Shown piece by piece: positions 43,751 through 54,611 of a stretch of DNA of 64,000 nucleotides. The stretch is from an uncultured bacterium (GTDB lineage Bacteria; Patescibacteriota; JACMRA01), in the NCBI GenBank assembly GCA_963784355.1, contig CAWAQU010000009.1, positions 64,001-128,000 on the forward strand, read 5' to 3'. Position 1 is the first letter of the stretch, and each line of letters opens with the position of its first letter. The notes beneath the pieces were generated by a model. That model was not told the DNA's origin, did not search any database, and worked only from the letters and a program-made list of their open reading frames with translations. Position numbers and translations under genes: made by a program.

Positions 43751-44558
43751 AGAATATTTCAGAATCAGAATTGCTATTCTTAAAATTGGCATACTAGATG
43801 CCTGGCAAAATGATTTTGCTTACTGGGCCAATAATTGGGGCAATATAGCTTCTACACTTGCCTATACAGGGGCTTTTATACTCTATACCAATATTTTATA
43901 TGCTAAGACAAAGTTGATTGCAGGTTATACAAGAGATGAAATGCTAATTTTTACTTTTTTTGCACAATTGGCTTTCTACATAAATGGTGGTATTTTTTGG
44001 AAAAATCTGGAAAATTTAGTGGAAAGAGTGAATACCGGCAGCTTAGATCTGATTTTGATTAAACCCTTTCCTTCGTTATTTTATGTCATTTATCAAAAAA
44101 TCAGTTTGTTCTCACTTTTCAGAGATGCTCTACCACCGTTAATATTGTTATTGTTGGTTACCAATTGGCAAAACCTTAGCTTGAATCCTGTGAATGTAGT
44201 TGTAGGATTTTTGATTAGCATATTAGGTGTAATGATAATTACCATCTTTCAATTTTTTGCTGCTTTGCCAGTATTTTGGCTTGGGGAAAGTGATAAAATT
44301 ATGAGACTCTCAGCTTTTTTTGAGCATCAGGCCGGTAAAACTGTTCCACTAGAAGGATATGATAAACTTTTTCAGATATTGTTTTCTACACTCATACCAG
44401 TTTTATTTACCACAGGAATCTCCAGTTCTGTATTTTTAGGCAAAACTCCCGCTTTTGAAATGTTATCTTATACTATAATTGTGCTCACTATACTTATATT
44501 TCTACAAAAATATTTCTGGAAAATTGCACTTAAAAATTATACATCAGCTTCATCATAA
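43731..44558 (+). CDS. ABC-2 type exporter permease (DUF990-like)
   Basis: GSLDLILIKP, C-terminal YTSASS. Confidence 0.88.
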   Translation: MKLSEFKEYFRIRIAILKIGILDAWQNDFAYWANNWGNIASTLAYTGAFILYTNILYAKTKLIAGYTRDEMLIFTFFAQLAFYINGGIFWKNLENLVERVNTGSLDLILIKPFPSLFYVIYQKISLFSLFRDALPPLILLLLVTNWQNLSLNPVNVVVGFLISILGVMIITIFQFFAALPVFWLGESDKIMRLSAFFEHQAGKTVPLEGYDKLFQILFSTLIPVLFTTGISSSVFLGKTPAFEMLSYTIIVLTILIFLQKYFWKIALKNYTSASS

Positions 44559-44560
44559 TT

Positions 44561-45517
44561 ATGTCTGTTATCTCACTAAAAAATGTATCCAAAATTTATA
44601 AAAAGAAAGTAAAAAATGGTTTTATTAAAGGTATATTCCGGCCTGAGTTTAGCTCGATTTATGCAGTAAAGGGGATTTCATTTGAAATTAACCAGGGTGA
44701 GTCTGTAGCTTTTCTCGGTAAAAATGGCGCCGGTAAAACCACAACTATTAAGATGCTTTCAGGCCTTGTTTTTCCAAATGAAGGAGAGATAAATATTTTA
44801 GGGTTTAATCCTTTTGATCGCAAAGCTGAGTTTCTGCAAAATATCGGATTAGTTATGGGCAATAAAGCAGGACTAAATTGGGATTTAACTGCCAAACAAA
44901 GTTTTGAGCTACTAAAACAAATTTACAGAATTCCAGACGATATCTTTAAGGAGCGCCTAGATAAACTTACTGAACTTCTTGAAATTAAAAAGTTTTTAGA
45001 TACTCAGGTGCGTAGGATGTCACTAGGCGAAAGAATGAAGATGGAAATAATCGGTTCGCTTTTACACCATCCGAAAATACTGTTTTTAGATGAGCCTACA
45101 ATTGGTTTAGATATTTATTCTAAAAAGAAAATTAGAGAATTTTTAAGGCAAGTACAAAATGACTACGGTGTAACTATACTGCTAACTAGTCACGATATGG
45201 ATGATGTGGAAAATGTTTGTGATAGGGTAATTATCATTGATCAGGGCCAGAAAATTTACGACAACACACTAGAAAGCCTGACGGAGCAATATAAACAGGA
45301 GAGGTATGTAAAATTTGTATTTGAGGGTGCTATAAAGAATTTAGATATACAAGATATAAAAGCCGAAGTAATTGCTTCAGAAGCTTATTCTATAACATAC
45401 AAAGTCAATCAAAGTGAAATGCCCAAGCTGATTAGTCTAGTTACCTCAAAATATAAACTAAAAGATATAGAAATTCTTAGTGTACCGCTGGAAGAAATAG
45501 TTATGAAAGTTGTTTGA
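44561..45517 (+). CDS. ABC transporter ATP-binding protein
   Basis: GKNGAGKT, MSLGERM, LDEPT, TSH. Confidence 0.95.
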   Translation: MSVISLKNVSKIYKKKVKNGFIKGIFRPEFSSIYAVKGISFEINQGESVAFLGKNGAGKTTTIKMLSGLVFPNEGEINILGFNPFDRKAEFLQNIGLVMGNKAGLNWDLTAKQSFELLKQIYRIPDDIFKERLDKLTELLEIKKFLDTQVRRMSLGERMKMEIIGSLLHHPKILFLDEPTIGLDIYSKKKIREFLRQVQNDYGVTILLTSHDMDDVENVCDRVIIIDQGQKIYDNTLESLTEQYKQERYVKFVFEGAIKNLDIQDIKAEVIASEAYSITYKVNQSEMPKLISLVTSKYKLKDIEILSVPLEEIVMKVV

Positions 45518-45528
45518 TTTACAACAAA

Positions 45529-46722
45529 CTATTTTTTAATCTGAGCAACTACCAGAGCATTTGATAAACTTTTATCAAGTTTTAAGTCTAGTAATCTGAG
45601 ATCTGCTTGTTCTAGCTCGAAAATAAACTGGGTTTCGGAAATTAGATAGTGTTTCCAGATAACTATTTCATCCCCACTAAATAATTCTAACTCCCTCTTC
45701 TCGCCTAAAATATTGAAATAAAGTACATAGTCTTTATCAAGTTTTAAAGTTTTAATTTTTGCATTGATTTCATTGTTATACCATACTCTAATTTCACATT
45801 TATCAATATCAACTCCAAGCTCACTTAAAGCCCATGTATCTTGTAAATCTGATTCAACACCCTTTACATAATTAAGCGCTGATCGGTTTTCTATAGTATC
45901 AAGGGTGAAGGTAGTCACAAAAATATCCTCCTTTATCATACCACTTCTCAAATTCTTTAAAATTTGTATCCTATCATCATGATTACCCATAGTATTACCT
46001 ATATGTAAAATGATATTAGATATTTTCTGAGATATAGAACTATTTTCTAAAAAAATTGTGTTAAATCTGCTAGTTTCGATATCAGCTTCATAGCTTTTAT
46101 AAACTATACCCTTAAACCATTCCTGAATGTTGCGTTCAGCAATATCTAAAATTTCCTTACTTAGGTCAATTGTAATATATTTATTTAATAGACTAAGATT
46201 GTTCAATTCAGAAATGATATTTTTAACGGGGTAAGCATTACCTGGGCCAATATCAACTAAATTCATCCTACTATCTGGGCCAATAAAATATAAAATATCT
46301 TTTAGTGTATTATCTAATAGATCAGTATTTGCAGTTTTTAAAAGTGATGTACTGCTATGATAATACACATCCCAAAATTTTGCACCAGCATCTTTATAAG
46401 AATACTTAAGTTTAATCTCCTTTTTAATATCTAAACCGTTAAATATATCAATAATTTGGTCAACGGTGAATAAGTCGTAAATTTTTTTACTTATATTAAC
46501 TCTTTTACAATCAATATTACTTCTATATTTTTTACCATCATCTACAAGCCTGGCTATTTCTGCTCTGTTATGCGGGTTATCTAAAATTAAAAATTTATCA
46601 CTGTCAGTCTTATAAAGCTGGAGATTGTTTTTCTGTTCCTGAGCCAGTTGGACCCATCTGGTTACAGTTGAGGAAGATACATTGTATTCCCTAGCGATTT
46701 CAATATTTTTAAAAGTGTTCAT
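45529..46722 (-). CDS. HTH + EgtD-like (Methyltransf_33) SAM methyltransferase
   Basis: N-terminal IAREYNVSSSTVTRW helix-turn-helix; KYSY...GA..WD, VDIGPGN, IGNTMGN. Confidence 0.8.
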   Translation of the reverse strand: MNTFKNIEIAREYNVSSSTVTRWVQLAQEQKNNLQLYKTDSDKFLILDNPHNRAEIARLVDDGKKYRSNIDCKRVNISKKIYDLFTVDQIIDIFNGLDIKKEIKLKYSYKDAGAKFWDVYYHSSTSLLKTANTDLLDNTLKDILYFIGPDSRMNLVDIGPGNAYPVKNIISELNNLSLLNKYITIDLSKEILDIAERNIQEWFKGIVYKSYEADIETSRFNTIFLENSSISQKISNIILHIGNTMGNHDDRIQILKNLRSGMIKEDIFVTTFTLDTIENRSALNYVKGVESDLQDTWALSELGVDIDKCEIRVWYNNEINAKIKTLKLDKDYVLYFNILGEKRELELFSGDEIVIWKHYLISETQFIFELEQADLRLLDLKLDKSLSNALVVAQIKK

Positions 46723-46990
46723 AAAATTAAGTCGGTACCAGTATAACAAAAAATTTAATTTTGGCAAGCGAAACTCTGTCCAAGTCAAATCAAATGATTT
46801 GAGGTATTGCGGTTTGAACTGAAAATTTACAAAGGCCTATAGTGTAATTATAGCTGATTTTCCTGTACATGTCAAAACTTTATTTTTGGGGTTGAAGCGC
46901 TAACAATATAAAATCCATTATCTTATTTACAAGATGCAATTTAACAGCTACACTTAAGTTACACAAATAAAAAAATAAACAAAAATTATT

Positions 46991-47173
46991 ATGATTGATT
47001 TAAACACATTTTCTTTTTACAGTGCTTTATTTTTAACCGCAACTATTTCCCTCTCATTTTGTCTTGGTTATTACATGGGTCGCTACGAAGAAAGAACAGA
47101 CGAGGACTTTTCTATTCATCACTTCTTATTTGATAGATCTAAAAAAGATTTGATAGTTAAGAGTAAGAAATAA
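46991..47173 (+). CDS. Small single-TM protein
   Basis: 60-aa ORF with hydrophobic N-terminus and charged tail. Confidence 0.55.
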   Translation: MIDLNTFSFYSALFLTATISLSFCLGYYMGRYEERTDEDFSIHHFLFDRSKKDLIVKSKK

Positions 47174-47247
47174 GTATAGTATAAGTACATCGACAGGTGT
47201 TGACGGAATTTAGTTTAGAGCTAAAAATTTTTGAAAACACCAAACTT

Positions 47248-49086
47248 ATGCAAAATATCCATGATTTAACTAAACTAGTTCGTTATTACATACTTAAATC
47301 TACAACGGTTGCCGGTTCAGGGCATCCTACTTCATCGTTATCGGCTGCTGATATCATGTCAGTTTTAATGTTTGACGGCTATTTTAGAGCGGATTTGGAA
47401 AAGCCTAACTACGAGAACAATGACAGATTGATTTTTTCTAAAGGTCATGCTGCCCCACTTTTTTATTCGCTATATACTGTAGCTGGGAAAGTAACTGAGC
47501 AAGAACTTTTAACGCTTAGATTACTCAATAGCCGACTCGAAGGGCATCCTACCATGAAATTTCCATATACAGAGGCTGCAACCGGATCTTTGGGTCAAGG
47601 ACTGTCAATTGGGCTTGGAATGGCTCTAAATGCAAAATTGGAGGGCCTGGACTATAAAACTTATGTACTCATGGGTGATAGTGAAATGGCAGAGGGATCT
47701 GTTTGGGAAGCTATGCAAATTGCAAGTCACTACAAAGTTGATAATTTGGTTGGTATAATTGATGTAAATAGATTGGGGCAAAGAGGGGAGACAATGCAAG
47801 GACACAATTTGGATGACTATAAGGCAAAGTGTGAAGCTTTCGGTTGGGAAACTTTTGTGATTGATGGACATAATTTGGCTGAAATTAAAGAAACTTTTGA
47901 AAAAGTAGTTAAAAGCGGTAAGACAGCACCCAAAATGATTGTTGCTAAAACATTAAAAGGAGGGGGTATAAGCTTTTTGGCAGATAAAGAAGGCTGGCAT
48001 GGAAAAGCTCTCAAACAAGATGAATTTGAAAAAGCTGTTTTAGAACTTGGTGAAGTAAATACTGAAATGGTTGGCGTAGTGGCCAGTCCTACTAAGGTAT
48101 CATCAAAAAATGATTCTAATTACACTAAAACAGAAGTTACAAAATACACTTCAGGTGAAAAAGTTGCTACCAGAAAGGCCTATGGGAATGCTTTAGTTAA
48201 TTTGGGTAAAGTAAACGAAAATATAGTGGTTCTGGATGCCGAGACAAGTAATTCTACCTTTGCAGACGGGTTTAAAAAATTGTACCCACAAAGATTTTTC
48301 GAGATGTATATTGCCGAGCAAAACATGGCCGGAGCTGCTCTCGGGTTTTCCAGGCGCAATCACATACCCTTTATTTCCACCTTTGCAGCTTTTTTCAGCA
48401 GGGCTTATGATCAAATCAGAATGTCCCAGTACTCAAGCTCGAATATTAAATTTGTGGGTTCTCATGCCGGAGTTTCTATTGGGGAAGACGGGTCCTCACA
48501 AATGGCTTTAGAAGACATTGCCATGTTTAGAGCAGTTTCAGACATGGTTGTGTTTTATCCAAGTGATGCTATTTCCTGTGAAAGATTGGTTTATAAGGCA
48601 GCGGAACATAAAGGTAATGTTTATATCCGTACAACCAGAGCCGAAACTAATGTAATTTATAGCGAAAACGAAGAATTTGAGATTGGGGGAAGTAAAACAA
48701 TAAAGTCATCTGAGACTGACATGGTAACTATTATTGCCGCCGGAATTACCTTGTCGGAGTCGTTAAAAGCTTATGAGGAATTGCAAAAATCAAACATAAA
48801 TGCTAGAATAGTAGATCTATATTCTGTAAAACCTGCAGATAAAAATACTCTTATAAAGGCTGCTCAAGAGACAAAAGCTTTAGTAGTAGTAGAGGATCAT
48901 TATAAAGAAGGTGGTTTGTTTAGTAGTGTGGTAGAGGCCTTGGCATTGGCATTGGATATTAAAGCTACGCCAATTTATTCACTGGCTGTTAATAAAATGC
49001 CGATGAGTGGAAAACCTCAAGAGTTGTTGGAGTATGAGCAGATAGACGCTAAGGCCATTGTAGAGTTGGTTAAAAAGATTGTTTAA
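47248..49086 (+). CDS. tkt: Transketolase (short, single-chain type)
   Basis: SGHPTS, SKGHAAP, GDSEMAEG TPP motif, GEDGSSQ, VVEDH. Confidence 0.95.
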   Translation: MQNIHDLTKLVRYYILKSTTVAGSGHPTSSLSAADIMSVLMFDGYFRADLEKPNYENNDRLIFSKGHAAPLFYSLYTVAGKVTEQELLTLRLLNSRLEGHPTMKFPYTEAATGSLGQGLSIGLGMALNAKLEGLDYKTYVLMGDSEMAEGSVWEAMQIASHYKVDNLVGIIDVNRLGQRGETMQGHNLDDYKAKCEAFGWETFVIDGHNLAEIKETFEKVVKSGKTAPKMIVAKTLKGGGISFLADKEGWHGKALKQDEFEKAVLELGEVNTEMVGVVASPTKVSSKNDSNYTKTEVTKYTSGEKVATRKAYGNALVNLGKVNENIVVLDAETSNSTFADGFKKLYPQRFFEMYIAEQNMAGAALGFSRRNHIPFISTFAAFFSRAYDQIRMSQYSSSNIKFVGSHAGVSIGEDGSSQMALEDIAMFRAVSDMVVFYPSDAISCERLVYKAAEHKGNVYIRTTRAETNVIYSENEEFEIGGSKTIKSSETDMVTIIAAGITLSESLKAYEELQKSNINARIVDLYSVKPADKNTLIKAAQETKALVVVEDHYKEGGLFSSVVEALALALDIKATPIYSLAVNKMPMSGKPQELLEYEQIDAKAIVELVKKIV

Positions 49087-49204
49087 CTAGGTTTAAAATT
49101 TATAAGTTTCAGATATTATTGGTCCCAAAACTGTACATAATTAGGGCGCAATATAATCGTATCTGGTTTTGACAAGAATTCAACAAAAAGATTAGTGTTT
49201 ACTA

Positions 49205-50065
49205 ATGACTAAAAAAGATAATCAATCAATTCCAATTATTTTAGCTGTAGTGGTATTTTTAGCTGTAGTCCTTTTTTACTTTTTATATATAAGCACACTT
49301 AATTTATTTCCCGGTGAGAAGATACAAACTGTAATTCATTGGCAAGATGTTTTGGTAGGTCTTACTATTTATCTGAAAACCTCCGTTGATTTTGCTCTAT
49401 TGATAGGTTTGTTGATGAAGCAATTTCCTGGAGTTAAAAATAGAATAGCTATTGAAACTGGTACGGCTGTAGGTAATGCTTTGGGTACTATTGTTGTACT
49501 TACAATTTGGTATTTCTTTAAAGAAGTTGTTTGGTTATTAGCAGGTATGATATTTTTGGCTTCCGTGGTACTTTTAAAATTAGCCCAGACCAGTTTAGAT
49601 CATGTTAACGAAGCTGATGAAGATAAAAATGATGGTATAGAGGTGTCGTCCAGTTTAAAAAAAGTGACTTCTGCTCTAGAGTCTTTTTTGAATCCTATAA
49701 ACAAGCTGACTGCTCCTGTACTCTCGAAAATTGTACCTGATTTGAGCTTTAAAACAGCCAATATAACCACTTTTATGGGCTTGGTTGCCAGTTCATTTAG
49801 TATACCCTTTATTTTAGGGTTAGATGACTTTGCCGGCTATGTACCGTTGTTTAATGTAGTAAATGTTTTTGGGTTTGGAACAGGAGTATTTTTAGGCCAT
49901 ATGGTTTTAAACCTATTCTTATTTATAAATCCTGATAGAACAATTAAAATAGTAAAAAATCCGATAATTGGTGTGATAGGCTCTATTGTGTTCGTAGGCC
50001 TTGCTCTTTGGGGATTTTACGAGGTATTTCACATCTTGGAAGCAAGCTATTTTCACCACAAATAG
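49205..50065 (+). CDS. Integral membrane protein, CadD/LysE-superfamily-like
   Basis: Two hydrophobic halves with KTSVDF and GLDDFAGYVPLF. Confidence 0.55.
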   Translation: MTKKDNQSIPIILAVVVFLAVVLFYFLYISTLNLFPGEKIQTVIHWQDVLVGLTIYLKTSVDFALLIGLLMKQFPGVKNRIAIETGTAVGNALGTIVVLTIWYFFKEVVWLLAGMIFLASVVLLKLAQTSLDHVNEADEDKNDGIEVSSSLKKVTSALESFLNPINKLTAPVLSKIVPDLSFKTANITTFMGLVASSFSIPFILGLDDFAGYVPLFNVVNVFGFGTGVFLGHMVLNLFLFINPDRTIKIVKNPIIGVIGSIVFVGLALWGFYEVFHILEASYFHHK

Positions 50066-50074
50066 ACTCACGCT

Positions 50075-51547
50075 TTACTCATTAAGTTCATAAACATATA
50101 GAATCAGTTTAGGGGAAAACTCTTTTTGCTCTAAAAGTTTGTAGTTGTATTTGAAATAATCCTCTACTTTTGCTTGATATCCTTGGTCATAGCTCATCAG
50201 TAACCAAACTTTTTTATACTTACTTTCCATTTGAGTGACTTCAGTTTTTAATTCTTGATCATCAAGGTTTGGAATTGCACTATTTGCTAGTCTGTCCCAA
50301 TAAGGAATGGTAGTAACTTTAGCTTTACCCCTATAATAATATTCCACTGGGTATACTATAAAAGGTGCTGAAAGTGCTACTACATCTTGATTTGTTGCAC
50401 GCTCACTTATGTATACAGTGGCTTCTCTAAAATTTTCTTTAGCAGGAGTATTTATGCTGAATGTTTGATGAATAAGACCAAATAGCATAATGGCCAGCAC
50501 ACCAAATCTAGCATAGCGTAATAGATTCTGTTTTTGCATGTTTGGATTGTAAAGCAATCTACTGACAATAATATACATGGATGGTATTACAAAAATCAAA
50601 TAACGGCTCAAAAGCACGGGTCTCAAAAATAAGCTAATCAAAAATGCTAAAATAATCGGCAAAAAGCTAACATACAGAAAAAACTTAAATTCGTCTTTTA
50701 TACCCTTAGTTTTTTGAGTCCAGAAGAAAATAACAAGCGCTGCAAGTGGCCAGAAAGCAATAATTAAAGTATTTACATAATCACTTTGGTATCCAAACAG
50801 ATACTGGCTAAAAATGTTAAACAAATCTATAGCTTTCGGCCTGGTAATGAGTGGACGAGCGTAATTTTTACTTAGTTGCTGTATTACAAGGTATATCCAA
50901 GGTGCAAAACTTGCTGCGATTAATAGCCCAGTTCCAACTATTTTCGGTATCCAAAGCCTTGCATTGAATTTGTGTAAAAACAAAAAGACAACTTCTGTAA
51001 TCAACAGTAAAAAGAAGAAATAGTGAGTGTATATACCTAATAGAGCGGTGATAAGGAAAGGTATAAATGTTTTCCATCTAAATGCTTTCCAAGTTTGTAT
51101 AAAAAAGGTTTGGTTTAGAATCGTAAGCAAAGTAAATAAAGAATACATTCTCAGCTCACTAGCATACCAGTTCATATAAGCCGAAATGGTGAGTAGCAAA
51201 CTGCTAAAAAGCGCCATCTTTTTGTCACCAAAAGCTTCTTTAGCCAAAAAATAAATTGCAGGTATACACAGTAAGTAAAAAAATACAGACAATAATCTCA
51301 AGTAATCAATATTTTGGCCTACAATCAGCATCCAATAATGCAGTAAGATGTGGTAAAAAGGTACATGTACATCGGTAGCCACTACACTCAAAATTTTTGG
51401 TGCTGAGTAAGTAACTTGCCAAATACTTTGAGCCTCATCTAATCTTAGACTTTGCTTTATCAAATAAGTGTAGTTAAAAATGGCGGCTGTTAGGACAAGT
51501 ATAGCTAAAATAACCTTAGCACTTATATCGTTTTGTTTTTCGGGCAT
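50075..51547 (-). CDS. GT-C (GT39/GT83-like) membrane glycosyltransferase
   Basis: LRLDEA, DVHVPFY, ELRMY, YTHY, many TMs. Confidence 0.88.
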   Translation of the reverse strand: MPEKQNDISAKVILAILVLTAAIFNYTYLIKQSLRLDEAQSIWQVTYSAPKILSVVATDVHVPFYHILLHYWMLIVGQNIDYLRLLSVFFYLLCIPAIYFLAKEAFGDKKMALFSSLLLTISAYMNWYASELRMYSLFTLLTILNQTFFIQTWKAFRWKTFIPFLITALLGIYTHYFFFLLLITEVVFLFLHKFNARLWIPKIVGTGLLIAASFAPWIYLVIQQLSKNYARPLITRPKAIDLFNIFSQYLFGYQSDYVNTLIIAFWPLAALVIFFWTQKTKGIKDEFKFFLYVSFLPIILAFLISLFLRPVLLSRYLIFVIPSMYIIVSRLLYNPNMQKQNLLRYARFGVLAIMLFGLIHQTFSINTPAKENFREATVYISERATNQDVVALSAPFIVYPVEYYYRGKAKVTTIPYWDRLANSAIPNLDDQELKTEVTQMESKYKKVWLLMSYDQGYQAKVEDYFKYNYKLLEQKEFSPKLILYVYELNE

Positions 51548-51578
51548 AATATTGTTTGTTGTCGATTTTTGTTTTGTT

Positions 51579-53150
51579 TTAGAAGAGGAAGCTTATTAAT
51601 TCTGAGGCCTTCTTACTAAAGTTGAAGTTTGGCTTGAGGCTACTTAAGGATAGGCTTGGAAGCTTGTTGACTGCAGCTTCGATAAATGGAACAAAGAAGG
51701 ATATATTTAACACGGCCCAGGAAATATTGGTGATTACTGAAGCATTTAAACCTTCTCTTTGAGCAGCTGCAAAAAAGCCACCTATAGCAAGAGCTATATA
51801 ACAAAGATGTGGCCATGCTAGATAATAAAAACTACCATCTATTTTTGTTTTGGAAGTTACGGCAAATTTAGCCTTTTTACCTCCTAATACTCCCCAAAGA
51901 GCAGTTACAAATATACTAAATGAACTCACTGAAAAAGCCAAAGCTCTAAAAGTGTAATTTAAATTATTTGATAACCTTAAAGCATACATATTGAAGAATA
52001 TATAAGGTAGGAATATCAGAGCTAAAGCCAGGGTTGAGGTATTTAAAGGTGCTCTTCCTGTGTATAAATAAGCCAAAGGCAATAAAGCATCAATTGCTAC
52101 CACGATTCCTGACAAATAAAAACTCGCTGAGGCTAGATATTGAATTTTTTGAGCAAAAGTTAGATGTTTGCTAAACAAAGGATTATATTTAAAAACTATT
52201 TCCAGACTGCCTCTAGCCCATCTTAGTTGCTGTTTGTAATAAGATAAGAAATCTTCAGGAGCCAACCCTTTTGCAAGAATTTTTGGTACATATATAGATT
52301 TCCATCCTCTTTTATGAATGAATAAAGATGTAATAAAGTCTTCTGCAATGTTGGTTTCACACATACCACCTACTTCTTCCAAAGCAGATCGTTTGATGAT
52401 CACGTTAGTTCCGCACATGAAAGTGGAGTTTAGACGGTTTTTACCTCTGCAGATAGGTTCAAAAAACAATTCTTGTTGCTCCCAGGCACTTTTTGTTAAT
52501 TCATTTGTTAGGTAATTTTCATAAAATTGAGGAGTTTGCACAAAAGCAACCTTTTCATCAGAAAAATGACCGACAGTTTCTTTTAAAAAATCTCTATGTG
52601 GTTGATGATCTGCATCAAAAATTACAACAAACGGATTTTTAGTTTGTCTTAACGCGTTGTTGACGTTGCCTGCTTTTGCTCCACCGGGTTGAGTACGAGT
52701 AATGCAGTTTATTCCTTCCTGCATAGCCATATCCTCAATTTGCTCCCAGTTATCTTTTTTGGCTACAAAACCGTCATTTAGAATATGTACTTTAAAATGG
52801 GGATAATCTATATTTTTTGCTGCAATGACTGTTTCTCTGACAAGTTCTACCGGTTCTCCGGCTACTGTAATAAAAATATCCACCCAAGGTTTAAGACTTG
52901 AATCAAATTTAGGTTTGTAATCCATTTCCCAAATAGTATAAATATAGGTGATTGTTTGCCAAACATGGAAAATTTCGCCAAATACCAGCAATCCGAATAA
53001 AATAGGGTCTCCTGGCGGCAGTAAAAATACTATAAATATAAAGTATAATAAAGTTAAGAATATATTTAGAACTAGTAACCATTTTGGTACTGAAATTCCT
53101 TTTTGATTGTCTTTTCCGAATTTATTTTCAATGAATCTTTCTGTTGTCAT
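51579..53150 (-). CDS. Cellulose synthase-like processive GT2 (BcsA-like, no PilZ)
   Basis: LNDG, AKAGN, DADH, QTPQ, FMCGT, AED, QQLRW. Confidence 0.92.
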   Translation of the reverse strand: MTTERFIENKFGKDNQKGISVPKWLLVLNIFLTLLYFIFIVFLLPPGDPILFGLLVFGEIFHVWQTITYIYTIWEMDYKPKFDSSLKPWVDIFITVAGEPVELVRETVIAAKNIDYPHFKVHILNDGFVAKKDNWEQIEDMAMQEGINCITRTQPGGAKAGNVNNALRQTKNPFVVIFDADHQPHRDFLKETVGHFSDEKVAFVQTPQFYENYLTNELTKSAWEQQELFFEPICRGKNRLNSTFMCGTNVIIKRSALEEVGGMCETNIAEDFITSLFIHKRGWKSIYVPKILAKGLAPEDFLSYYKQQLRWARGSLEIVFKYNPLFSKHLTFAQKIQYLASASFYLSGIVVAIDALLPLAYLYTGRAPLNTSTLALALIFLPYIFFNMYALRLSNNLNYTFRALAFSVSSFSIFVTALWGVLGGKKAKFAVTSKTKIDGSFYYLAWPHLCYIALAIGGFFAAAQREGLNASVITNISWAVLNISFFVPFIEAAVNKLPSLSLSSLKPNFNFSKKASELISFLF

Positions 53151-54394
53151 ATTAATTTTGTTAAAATCTTTAATTTTGTGTTATTTTCTATATTTTCGGC
53201 CAAATTTACAGTTAGACCATTATATAAAGCAGTTCCAAACCAAGCCCAATTAGAGTTGTAGTAACCCAGATCAGTTTCCCAGTTAGAAATGTCTCTGTTG
53301 TAAGCTTTTTCCAATTTTTGTTTGTATATTTGTTCAGCTAAGCCTTTATCCTTTGCCATAAAATAAGCTATACTACTTCCATACATTGCGAGACTTTCCT
53401 CTTTCTCTACTACAATTCCGTCATGAGTATAATTTCTGTAAATAGCCTGATTATTTGTCCACTCTTGATCCAAAAAATTTAGTTTACTTAGATATTGCAG
53501 AGCCTTTTCTTCTTTAAACCACATCCAATCTAAGTATATTCTCCAAGGTACTCGAAGTGCATCGTAGCTGAAATTTGTGTTTAAATCAGTATTCTCTGCT
53601 GCTTTCCAACTTTGATCAGACTTATTAAGTATAACCCAGTTTGGAGGAAGATTACTACTTTTGCCTTTATCCAAATTTAAAACAGTGACTTCATCTAAAG
53701 TGCTATATGTATCAGTCGCAAGTTGTGACCAGGCATTTTCAGGATTTAATTTAGCAAATACTTTGTAAGCATAGGGACTGAAATAAGAAGGGTTTACAAT
53801 CACTTCATTTTTTACTGCCTCTTTTTCCAAGCTGTTGCTAAGTAGTACATACCTATTTCCAATTTTTGCCACCTCCACAGCCCAAACACTACTAATAATT
53901 TTTTTAGCCTCGGCTAGGTACTCTGGATTGCTCCAGCGATTAGCCGCCATGACCAGGGCTAGTGCAATATCTGTATCACCATCAGTTGCAGTGTTTTTAC
54001 CACCTCTTTCTTCCAAAATAGCCCATTCTCCGTTTGATTTTTTGCCGTATAACCAAGAAAATAAATTATCTTCTTTTCTCTGCAAATTTTCTTTTGTCCA
54101 CTTCCAGCTTTTGTCAAAAGTATCTTTATCATCTATCCAAACCGCACTTAGCATAGTGTAGGATTGTCCTTCAGAAGTTGTAATATCAGCCTGTTGTCTA
54201 TCTAGTGTCCTTCCGGTAGATTCTATATAATTTTTTTTGTAATAGTACCAGGTGTTTTCCAAAACTTCTGCATTAGAAAAAACCACTTTAGGTTCATTTA
54301 AAAAAACATTTTTTACAAACTGCAAATTGACCCCGATTAGGATAATAATGCTTAACAGAGCTGTAATTAAAGTGACTTTATGAGCTTTATTCAT
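53147..54394 (-). CDS. GH8 endoglucanase (BcsZ-like)
   Basis: TTSEGQSY, ATDGD, NPSY, YDALRVPW. Confidence 0.92.
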   Translation of the reverse strand: MNKAHKVTLITALLSIIILIGVNLQFVKNVFLNEPKVVFSNAEVLENTWYYYKKNYIESTGRTLDRQQADITTSEGQSYTMLSAVWIDDKDTFDKSWKWTKENLQRKEDNLFSWLYGKKSNGEWAILEERGGKNTATDGDTDIALALVMAANRWSNPEYLAEAKKIISSVWAVEVAKIGNRYVLLSNSLEKEAVKNEVIVNPSYFSPYAYKVFAKLNPENAWSQLATDTYSTLDEVTVLNLDKGKSSNLPPNWVILNKSDQSWKAAENTDLNTNFSYDALRVPWRIYLDWMWFKEEKALQYLSKLNFLDQEWTNNQAIYRNYTHDGIVVEKEESLAMYGSSIAYFMAKDKGLAEQIYKQKLEKAYNRDISNWETDLGYYNSNWAWFGTALYNGLTVNLAENIENNTKLKILTKLI

Positions 54395-54611
54395 ATATTT
54401 GTTTTTGATCTAAATTTTGTATTAATTTCGTTCTCATTATAAAGCCACACCTAAAAACCACGTTTTGTCAACAAATTTTTTATTCACGAGTCTGAGGGTC
54501 TTATAAATTTATAAAGGCTGCTACAAGTAACTAGGTATTCTGATTACTAACAACAAAAAAAGCCCCTAAGGGCCAAAATATTTTTTAATTTACTAATTAC
54601 TGTTAAAACTA

